The notes beneath the pieces were generated by a model. It was not told the DNA's origin and ran no database searches. It worked only from the letters and a program-made list of their open reading frames with translations. This document shows, in pieces, positions 1 through 14,565 of a stretch of 29,448 nt of DNA. A program made the position numbers and the translations under genes. How positions within the stretch are numbered: the first letter of the stretch is position 1; every line of letters begins with the position of its first letter. The stretch comes from Chlorokybus atmophyticus (Eukaryota; Plantae; Mesostigma and Chlorokybus algae). The stretch covers positions 117,096-146,543 of the forward strand of contig RHPI01000401.1 of NCBI GenBank assembly GCA_009103225.1, read 5' to 3'.

Positions 1-1617
1 CTAGAAAGATCATAGACTACAGATGGTTGTATCCGTTTCCAAGACGCAGTATAGCGATTACAGATTGCTGCATTTTACTCTAATTTAAATTATTGGAATT
101 AAAATTGATACAATAATTTTTTAGCCACATAAATAGTATCCTCTCCGAACCGTACATGCAACTTTCACTGCATACGGCTCTCCATGTATAAACGACTAAG
201 CAAAAAGGTATTCTTCTGTATATTTACACCTCTTATCTAGTGATAAAAAGAACTAGAAAGATACTGAAAATATAGCTTTTATAGGAAGATAGACCCAATA
301 AGGAAAGGTTACCTACAGTAAAAATCCAATTTATTACCAGTATCTTGGTAATTAGTAATTGGTAAGAAGGTAAATCTTGGAGCGGAGTGATCTATGTACG
401 CTTACCTCTTGTGCGTAAAAATTTAACTTCAATAACTTCTCCTTATATTTTAGTAAGCGCGCCTATTATAACACTATTTATCTTTCTGAATCTTTAATAT
501 CAGTACTATATAAATTCCGTTCCCTTGGATGTTACCATCTACTAGGGGATCCCACACTTCCTTTTTGGGGGTGTTCTTTCTTTAGGTCCCCCCCGTTTCG
601 CTTTTGTTAAGCCTAGAATCAAGTGCAAACAACCACTGTCACCTAGTGCATAGAACGCGGGGGGGGTGATCGGGCTGCAATGCCAATGCCAATGCCAATG
701 CCAATGCCAATGCCAATGCCAATGCAAATGCCAATGGTAATGCTAATGTCAATGTGAATGTCAATGTCAATGTGAATGTCAATGTCAATGTCAATGCAGC
801 GGGGGGGTAAATCTTCTCTTTCATATCAGCGTTGGAGCGAGAGAGACTGCGGCACCCATTTTATTTACGGGGTATCCGGTAGTAGAAATTAAAGAGATTA
901 CTACCAAGCTTCAAAAAGCAACCAATCAAGAGAACTGATTAGACCTGAGAGGAATCGGTTTCTTTTATAGAGAGTAATCTAACGATTAGGCGGTACTCCA
1001 ACCAAACCCCCGATCTTTCTCTGTTGTTTTAAACCACTTTGCTAAGTGTCTCTTTTCCCACTATCGGCATACCTTTATTTACACCTATTAAAGGTATAGA
1101 AGGAATACAGGTTGAGGCCTTTTTAGATATACAGTTACATTTGACGCCTGAAAGGTTAGGCCTGACTAACCTCTACCACCGTTACAAAACAATGCACGGT
1201 AACTACGCGCTTAGAAAAGGTATACTTTAAAAAGAGTTGGCTTTAAAATAGCAGCAGATGGCCGCTTGCTTTGCTTTGCCCCCTGCAAGGTTCGTAAATA
1301 CCTTAGATAAAACTAGAGTTCTGTTATTCCACACACTTACGTATATGGCCCCCATAAAAAGCCTGACTTTATACTATTAGAATTCTTTGCCTTACAAAAG
1401 AGATAAATCAACTGCATGTACGCCGGCAAGTTTTTCTAATATTTTCTAACCATGCTATTTTCCCTTAAAAGTTTCCTTATTAGGTTAGGTTAGTGTCTTA
1501 GACAAGATAAAAGAATTCACCTATCCAGTCCCCGCGGGACTTTGAGATCGTTTCTTCTAGCTACCGATATTGTCACCGAAGTCGATCGGCAACCCCCAAA
1601 AAAGCGGAGTGGCGCAC
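1..1617 (-). ncRNA. Group II intron in trnV(UAC); 3' end and exon 2 not visible in window
   Basis: Minus strand begins GTGCGCC at 1617, immediately after the tRNA exon. A canonical 34-nt domain V GAGCCGTATGCAGTGAAAGTTGCATGTACGGTTC lies at 180-147, followed by GGAGAG (domain VI start). No intron-encoded ORF. Linking this domain V to this 5' end is inference. Confidence 0.8.
678..797. repeat. Hexamer microsatellite, 20 units with invariant AATG core
   Basis: CAATGC x8, then variants drifting to CAATGT/GAATGT. Flanked by GCGGGGGGG(G)T at 657-667 and 799-808. Confidence 0.95.
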
Positions 1618-1655
1618 GTGTAAACGAGATGCTCTACCAACTGAGCTAATTACCC
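1618..1655 (-). tRNA. trnV: tRNA-Val(UAC) exon 1, mitochondrial type
   Basis: Minus strand GGGTAATTAGCTCAGTTGGTAGAGCATCTCGTTTACAC (38 nt): acceptor 5' strand, D arm GCTC/GAGC, anticodon stem 5' TCTCG, loop TT-TAC-AC, then the intron start GTGCG. Confidence 0.85.
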
Positions 1656-1949
1656 AAAAATAAATCTTTAATTACTATCTATTATAAATTTTTTTCTTTT
1701 TTCATTTTTCATTATAATGCTGTATCGATAGTGGGACACATTGATTTATATTTATATTTACTCGATAATTATACCAGTAAACCGGTTAGAGTAAGCCACC
1801 TTGAGGTGATCCCTGTTTAGTGGATTTTAGTATAGTGACAGTTCATTAAAGTGGAGTCTAGTCGATGCACTGCTGCCCATGGTGTAGTTAAATAGAGCTG
1901 AGTTTAGTCTAGTTAATGCAACCCAGTACAGGTAATCGATTGGTATTTT

Positions 1950-4900
1950 CACCATGCTGCTGCAGCCGCACTACCTGTTGTATGCAGCGCAACAGATAAT
2001 CAATTAACTGTGCTGCTCTACCCAGTGCAACTTCGTTAACCAAGGCAGACACTGTGGGCAGCTCACTTCACTGCACTGCACTGGGCTGGGCTGCAATTGG
2101 CTGCTGCATGCAGGCTGCTGCAGGCTGGGCTGCCATTGGCTGGGCTGCACCAAAGGTAAATTTAATAGATTGGATCTTTTACTGCCTTCTTCTGCTGCAG
2201 AGCGCCCATTAATTAAATCTTTATTATAAGGCAGCAAGGTTTTCGTGCAGGTAAGCGGTAGGTAATCATTAGACTTCGCTCCGAATCGTTAGTCTTTGCT
2301 GCTTTATGCATGCAGTTGCTTCACCATGCAGCGTACGGCGTACGGCACCCAGCCAACCAAGTTGCTGTAGGCTGCTGCAGGCTGCACTCCACTAAACTGC
2401 AATTGGCTAGGCTGACAGCAGGGTGACTGGGTTGAATTCCACTTACTGCTGAACTGCAGGCAATCAATAGCTGGTCTGCAGCAAAAAGGTAATTTATTGA
2501 TCAGCATGCAGCGAAATCGATGGACCAGCGTAATCTAAGGATTCGGAGGGAAGCCGGTTGGATTAGGGGGTAATCTTTTGATAAAGGAGCGAAGCCGATT
2601 AGATAAAGGAGCGAAGCCGATTTCAATTAAGGGGGTAATCGATTTTGATTAAGGGGGGTCGATGCAGCCGGACTGCGCTGCGCCTCTAATCGATTTGGAT
2701 TAGCCTGCAGCGGGCTGCATTCAGCCCAGCACAGCAGTGAGGTACTGTCAAATCTAGATACCAGTCCAATAGAGCGGAGTGAGGTAGGCGCAGTGCGGCC
2801 GATTGCACCAAAGCAGATTACCGCTCCACCAATCGCAGATTCGCGGGTAATCATTAGATTACCGAGTGGACTGCAGGCGCAGTGCGGCCGATCGGTAATG
2901 CAATGCAGCCCTCGCTGCATCCTTAGATTACTCTCTATCGTAGATCAGCTTAATAAACTACCTCTGATGTTTAATCTAAAATAGTAGTTTAGTCATCATG
3001 GGTCCCACCTAGCTGCCTTCCTTTCCCTATTTACTGGTATAGTAATAGTAGTTTTAGGTAACCAGTTACTGCAGCCAACGCTACAGTCAACACTCCAGGT
3101 AGCATACCCGAACAAATTGGGGGCAGGTAATTGGTGGAAGGTGGAAGATGGGAGGTAAAGAATAAAGGGTAGACGATGCAATATAGCAGTATACAACTAC
3201 TTTTGTGCACCATATGCATATGGCCTAACCAGAACACAGATAAACAAAGTAGTAACCCAGCTGCTTGCAGCTTAGACCGATGTTGAGATACAGTAATATA
3301 TATAAATGGGATGCAATCTTTCAGAAGTTAAAAATAGAAGATTGTACCGTTTAGTAAGGAATTTGCCAGCTAGTAATGTGTGATCTTTCTAGATGCGCAC
3401 CTAGCATGAAAAGCTCGCGCACAGGGGGAAAGCAGAGCGGAACACCATTTTATTTCGGGCAGCTTGCTGGATTTGGATTGTATGATAGGTAATTACCGCA
3501 CTGCGCCTATAAATTACCAAGATGCTGGTAATCGTATACCGGAGCAGAATTGGATGAGGTAGGCTCTGCAGGCAGCTGATCAATAGATTACCCGTAGACT
3601 ATGCACTTCTTACTGTACAGCAATTCTTCGAATTTTGGATAAACGCTGCCTTATAGAGAAAGTAGTGGTATTTGAAAACTACTAAGTAAAAGTTTGGCTT
3701 CTTCTTTAGTTTTAGCAGATGTGACTAGAGTAAGATTAACCCCATGAAGAGATTCAAACAAATAATAATGTCTTTCTAATTCTGGGAATAATAAAAGATT
3801 ATCTAGACCAATATTATAATTTACCCCCGAACTGTCAAAAGTTGGTTTTAATCCTTGAAAATCTCTAAGACGAGGCCAAACGGTGGTAATTAGTTTATCA
3901 AGAAGATTATAAACCGGCTCTCCTCGCAAAGTTACTTTACAACCAATAGGATCATTTGTACGTAATTTAAAAGCTGCAATCGATTTTTTTGCTCGTGCTA
4001 AAGTTAATTTTTGACCCGATATCAATTCTAAAGCAACCAAAAAGGATAAAACCATTCTTTTGCTATTTACTTCGTTTTTTATACTTCCGTTAACAATAAT
4101 CTTTACAATCTTTGGTACTTCCATAATATTTTTATAATTACACTTATAAAGTAGATCTTGTCGAATTACATTTTCATAATGATACTTTAATCGATTCATT
4201 TTTACACATTAATCTTTTTTATAATTTTTTAAATTAGCTTTTTAAATGAAACAGCATCGCATCCTTGCAGGTATAAATGCAGGAAGCACGCTTAACTATA
4301 GAGGGATTAGCTATACACTACGGTCATTTTACTCTTTTTTACTTTACAATATGTATCAATCGAGGTAGGCAGCCAAAGGTAGAAAGGCAAGAAGGTAGAA
4401 AAGTAGGGAGGTACTGCATGCACTACTGCTGATCTGCGATAAAGAGTAATCTAACTCTATAATCTGGCGATTGGGTACTCAATAAATTACCCTCCTGCAG
4501 CGTACCAGCTTTGGATTTGGGGGGTAATCGGTTGGATTAGGAGTTAAAATCTTCTGATAAAGCGGGGTAATCGGTTGCTGCATGCAGTGCAGCGGGGGTT
4601 AATCGATTAAATAAAGAGGCGCAGTCCGGTCAATTAGTAATCGAAATCGATTAGCGGAAAATCAATTAGATTTCCCACGTAATCGATTTCAATTAGCGGG
4701 TTGCCCATTGGTTAGATTCTCCGGAATAAATTTGGCTGCACTGCAGTAATCGCTGCATGCAGAAGATTACCCAAATCCATTCCCTTTTAATCGAAATCTA
4801 TTACCTAATGTTAGATTACTCTCTATCGCAGATCAGCGCCCACCGTTAGATTGCTATCTATCGAGAATCCTCCGCTGCAGTGCAGACATGCTATAAAGCG

Positions 4901-5130
4901 GTAATAATCAATTGGGGGTAAATGCAGTTCAGTAATTAATAGCTACTCTGCTGCCAGCTTCTTTTCCCCGCGTCACCCCGTTGCAAGCACACCATTCTCT
5001 CTGCAGTTTGCTGCATGCACACCGCTGCAGGAATCGATACACACCAGCTACCCGCGGGAAATTGGTATTGCAGATTAGCTATTGATTACTTTTGATACTG
5101 GGTAATTTTCCATTAAGGGGTAATTTCACC
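1950..5130. repeat. Field of short dispersed GC-rich repeats in mitochondrial-type spacers (excluding rpl5)
   Basis: Dense CTGCAG/GCTGCA, GGGTAATC/GATTACCC and AATCGATT words. TTAGATTACTCTCTATCG(T/C)AGATCAGC occurs at ~2924 and ~4811 and inverted at ~4431. GATAAAGGAGCGAAGCCGATT is tandem at 2580/2602. AGGCGCAGTGCGGCCGAT occurs at ~2786 and ~2875. Confidence 0.8.
3651..4199 (-). CDS. rpl5: Mitochondrial ribosomal protein L5 (uL5m), 182 aa, intact
   Basis: ATG to TAA ORF with uL5 signatures: MNRLKYHYENVIRQDLL, VPKIVKIIVN, LELISGQK, AKKSIAAFKLR, IGCKVTLRG, PRLRDFQG, FPELE. AT-rich organellar codon usage. Confidence 0.95.
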   Translation of the reverse strand: MNRLKYHYENVIRQDLLYKCNYKNIMEVPKIVKIIVNGSIKNEVNSKRMVLSFLVALELISGQKLTLARAKKSIAAFKLRTNDPIGCKVTLRGEPVYNLLDKLITTVWPRLRDFQGLKPTFDSSGVNYNIGLDNLLLFPELERHYYLFESLHGVNLTLVTSAKTKEEAKLLLSSFQIPLLSL

Positions 5131-5298
5131 CCCCACCTCTAGTGGGTGCACCAAAATGCATACAGCCCCCCCCTTACAAGTCGGTGGGTGGGTGGGGTGG
5201 AGTGGTTGTTTATTGCGAGTGTTATTGGTTGTTGTTGCTGCCAGGTGTCGTTATTGTGTTGTTGTGCGTGCGTGGTATGTTGCTGCAAGTTAGAATGA

Positions 5299-5769
5299 GA
5301 CAAACACCAACCTGCTTATGATATTTGCATGACAACGGCGTGCCCGTTTGGGCCCTGGAGGATGCACTTCATCAGCAAAGTATGGTAAGCGCATATGCTT
5401 CTCTCTCTCCTCCTGCATCTGCACCCGCATCCGCACCTGCATCCGGTTGCATGACCACGCACATACCTCACGCCCACACGCACGCACAAAAGTACCCACC
5501 CACCCACACCTAAGCCTGCACGCACAGGCGCACTGCTGGCGCTCACACGAACACACAAAAGGGCCTGCACATGCGTTGCAAGCGTGAGGCATGCTGCAGT
5601 TTTGCATAGTATTTTACCGCATAGCTGCTAACAACTGTTGTTCCCCAACCATGCGTACGCGTGTAGGCATCTTAACATCAGCAGCGTGAACGGGGCTATC
5701 TGCGTCGACATCCTCAAAGGCGTATGGTCGCCCGCACTCACGCTACGCGCGGCACTCCTATCGCTGCAG
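5299..5769 (+). pseudogene. Ubiquitin-conjugating enzyme E2 (UBC27/UBE2K-like) remnant, two exons
   Basis: Exon ~5299-5384 reads DICMTTACPFGPWRMHFISKVW and ends at the GTAAGC donor at 5385. Exon 5667-5769 follows GTGTAG, reads [34 protein letters not shown] and ends at a GT donor at 5770. The splice restores the split Trp codon. In-frame TGA at 5296, no N-terminal exons seen. A possible further exon starts at 5934. Confidence 0.75.
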
Positions 5770-6239
5770 GTGCAAGTCACTCTCACTCATCTTTTTACTC
5801 TCTCTCCCACTTACTCCTTCACTCACTCACTCAACCATTCCATTACTGACTCAATCACTTGTGCACGCACTCACCCGCTCATCCAATGCATTCAGTCTGT
5901 CACAAAGTCTCAACATCATATTTGTGCGCTCAGGTGGTGTTGCTGGCCCCTCAGGCTCACTGGGGCGACATGCGGCTTCTCAGCCGTCATCGTGGATGTC
6001 AACGGCACGCCCTCCTCGGTGCCGCATGCTCCTAGTCTGAATAGGCCAGAGGACGCTGTTTGTGCTGGCAGTGTGCAACGCCAGTTAAACATGGACGCAT
6101 GCGTCTAAAAGGAGCCGCATGCAGACGTGATTCTGGAAGACATGATCAGTGCGTTGCCAATAGCTGTAGCTGAATCCTTAGCAAGCATGAAGGTGTAACA
6201 GAGCAGCCCAAGCATCCACCCAGGCCTACAACGACATTC

Positions 6240-11215
<4,976 letters not shown>

Positions 11216-11799
11216 NTTAGGTGAGGGGGACAACCGCTGCCGCCGACATCATGCGAAATAGGAATCGGCACGGCTGCCCACAAATTGAGCGAGATTTTAG
11301 GGTATGGGCATCAATTTAGGGTTGCCAGCTTACGAACCTAACTGGATCACACTTCAAGTGAAGCACGATTGTACCATGGACGCTATTGCAGTACCATGCA
11401 TGGTACTACATCTAAATGAATAGTACTCCATCTGTTAATGGTACTACAGTACAAGGATATTCGCATACTACCACAATCATAGAGTAATACTGTGCTGTCA
11501 TTCCATAAAACCCAGAGCGCTGTCCGAGTTTGTTGCTGTCAACCACGCTTTGAACCAGCGAGGTATGCAAGCCATGCACTGACTCATGCGCCGGGCAGTC
11601 ACCATACACATGTACAGCCAATGCTTCTGACAACACACGCAATAGATCTCGGGTGCACCATGCACCATGCCGCAACTATACATGTACCTACATGGTTCAC
11701 AGGTGTTTAACACAAAACTCTACACAGCTAGTATAGATGCATGAAGATGCTTGGACCAAGATCACACCAATGGCACTTTACATGCACTATTGTTATTAA

Positions 11800-13455
11800 A
11801 GAGGGGGGCAAGTAACCGCCGATACATTGGCGTCTTACAGCAGGCGTGGCGACTAAAACGGGTGAGGTTGCTTGCACATTGGACACGCTTGTAGCTCCTT
11901 TGATTTATTTGCCACATGCTTCTGCTTATATACGATGCAGACACGGCACATCGATTGCTTCTAACAGGGCGTCTCCCCTTCCGCGGTGGGGGGGGGGGGN
12001 NNNNNNNNNNNNNNNNNNNNNNNNNNNNNNNNNNNNNNGCCTCTGCCACCAAACTCTGTTATTGCGTTGCAAGCGCAGCGACTCTCGTTTGAATGGCGCA
12101 GCATGACGCTCCACTGCCTGCTCAATCACCTGACGCTTATTTGCCACCATACACCACCTGCTGGTCTTGGTGGTCTTGTCCAGCATGCGTTCATCCAGGC
12201 CCTCAACACGGCTGTTATCACTCGTGTACTTGCCCGCATCGCCATCTTTGTCAAGCTTCCAGCTCAACGTGCCGTATGACATACAGCCACTGCCAGCCAA
12301 AGCATGCAAAGTACAGCTGAAATGGTTTTACTTGCCATCCAGTATATTTGCTCATGTAGTGGCACACATTTCGACCCGCATTAGTCGACATCCACAGGTA
12401 CATCTGTTGCAGCAGGTTGAAGTGCTGCTCCACGGATAGCTCTTGCACATTGCCGGGTTGCTACGGCAGCAACAACGTACCACGGATGGCCATGTCATGG
12501 TTGGGTTCCAACCATGGCCAATCCCCAGAGGTCTTTTTACAGTGCACTCTCCGCATTTGCTCCCACTGATTGCATACTTCCGTCACCCACCTTAAGGCAT
12601 GCCGCATGCAATGATGCAGCGCGTCTTGATCGTATTGTACGGCGATCATCTCCTTTGCACTACAAGTCAGCCCCTCAAAGCGTCTGCGCGTTGGTGCTTT
12701 GAGCTTAGGCAGCTCGTGCCGCACCGGTTGTCGCTCTGGACGATGCTGAGTAGCCACATGACGCTGTAAACTCGCCTGTGCCTGCTCAAGACACACAGAC
12801 AGCCCCAGTGAGGCTTTAAGGCGCTGTGCTTCTTTCAACTACATAGTAATAATGCCTCACCTTTGCTTTTGTGGTCCTGTAAGCGTCCCTTGTTCCAACA
12901 ACCTTCTTCTTTTTTATCTTGGTCAACCTGCACATCCTAACAGGTGCTCTCCGTGGCACTGACACTTGAAGGAGGTAAGGCGTTATCTTTTTGCTCCACA
13001 ACCTTGCGATTGTTGGTTGCCTCCCGTTCCTCAACGACCTCATGTTGCTTCATGAGGTCGAGCATGCAGCGTTTGTCTTTCAGCGCAGATTTTAAGACAC
13101 CTCAATCAACCTCTTTACCAACAAGACAGGCTGGGATCAATGGCAAACTTAGAGGGAAAGGGCGAGCTACTGCTGCTTCTTGATGTAGATGCCTCCCGAT
13201 GGTTAAAGTGCGATGGCAAGTTGTAACGGGAAGATACATTTAATTACCACAAATTGACGATAAAAGCACCAAGGCTTTTGTGGTCGAGTGGGCTGTGACA
13301 TTGGTCATCGGAGCTTGAGACCCGAGTTCAATTCCTGTCTTGCACTCACATTCCGTGGTCGTGTTGTTTCTCGATCCAGTATCAACGTAAATGGTCACTT
13401 CATAAGTGCCATCATCGATGGGTTGCGATTTGCCTAACGGCAGTCGTGCCGGCAT
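11800..13455 (-). pseudogene. Degenerate multi-frame ORF, possibly a DNA transposase (Mutator-like motifs); boundaries approximate
   Basis: Joined fragments with stops and frameshifts: DALHHCMRH (CxxH at 12610-12599), NVCHYMSKY (12358-12344), TSDNSRVEGL (E at 12204) and C-terminal CRVC..CPMCKQPH. Motif order resembles MULE but is not diagnostic. Confidence 0.3.
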
Positions 13456-13758
13456 TTAGTCGGCGCGACAGGGCGCGACTTGCTTGTCGCGACCTGATTG
13501 GTCGCCAGCGGTGCACTATGCGCGCGTTGACCGGTATGGGCCTTAGCTGTGTCATGCCTATTGCCTGCACATACCAGCTTTCATCGAGCATTCCTACATC
13601 AAAACCATCGCCGGGCCTACCAGCATACCAACGCGCGCATCACTGACCAGTCGCTAGGTCATGACTTTAGAGTAGCTCACCACCATAGCCTACATAGGCA
13701 CCGCGCGTAGCTGTTCAGTTGTGAGTTGAGTTAGTTGTATTTTATATCGAGTGGTAAT

Positions 13759-14076
13759 TGTTGAAGAAATAGCCACGATATGACCGTTAGCTTATGTTCT
13801 GAACAATCGTGATTTGATTTGTATAAGTAGTCATGGTGTTCACTGGATCAGCTGATGACACTGTGAGTGAGAAAGCTAAGAGCTTATGAAGCAACTTGAA
13901 CTGCGAACACGCCATCCCAGTTAACGAGAAACCCCTCATTGTTGGAGAGCCTGTGCATGCTCGTGTGCATCGCACCTGTCATTGCTGTGAGCTTGGTGTG
14001 CCTGGTTATGGTGTGTTTATTGGCATTATTAAAGCATAGTATTCACATGTTGCTTGCTCATTCACCTCACTTAACA
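13759..14076 (+). mobile_element. Possible solo LTR
   Basis: Starts TGTTGAAG and ends CTTAACA, the same termini as the LTR-like segment at 18339. No matching TSD (GTAAT vs GTGTA). Confidence 0.25.
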
Positions 14077-14565
14077 GTGTAACCTATTTTCCGCTCATGC
14101 AAAGAACTGTATAAACAGCACTACCTATAGTAGTGGCTTGTTGACTCACAGCGTCACCCTCTTTGCTTAAGTGAGTGCGTCGCATTTTGCATCAGATAGT
14201 GCAGTCTGTATATGGGGACACATCGCTGTGCATTCGTTATCACTGTCATTACATAGTGCACACAAGAGCACTAGTGTGGTGAGTGGTAGTGGCGTCGAGA
14301 CAGGCAGAAGAGTACAAACACTCTACCCTGCATACACTTTTACCTATGGACTAGCTGTATGAGCAGGCCCATCCCGTTTTCTCCAACAGACAAGGGTGAC
14401 CTCAGCAGCTAGAGCCCAACCTCCAATCCCATCTACGAGCGGACCAGTAACGGGAGCAACGATTTTAGCAGCAGAGGCTCGCGTTTCATCTCCGACTTCA
14501 CTCCATTCTTATCTACTCCTCGGCATCGAGCTTCCCCACTCTCGTCCGACAGTGACGGCTACGAG

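Larger units (their letters stand above)
1..5140. other. Mitochondrial-type DNA segment (NUMT or mis-joined mtDNA); right boundary approximate
   Basis: Contains a mitochondrial-type rpl5, a mitochondrial-type trnV exon and a group II intron, with AT-rich spacers. Composition changes near 5140-5170 to GT/CA-rich nuclear-type DNA with GT-AG introns. Confidence 0.75.

Noticed and set aside
81-146. Intron 3' end at ..TTCCAAT followed by trnV exon 2
   Set aside because: A domain VI fold is possible, but the following sequence is not tRNA-like and has stops in all frames, so the splice site cannot be called.
542-824. HW-repeat and ALTL-repeat ORFs
   Set aside because: Translations of the hexamer microsatellite inside an intron.
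3381-3400. Second group II intron start (minus-strand GTGCGCATCTAGAAAGATCA, complementary to 1-12)
   Set aside because: No recognisable upstream exon and no separate domain V between 3400 and 1655. A 12-nt match is weak in this repeat-rich DNA.
11296-11321. Telomeric repeat TTTAGGG x2
   Set aside because: Two separated copies only, not a tandem tract.
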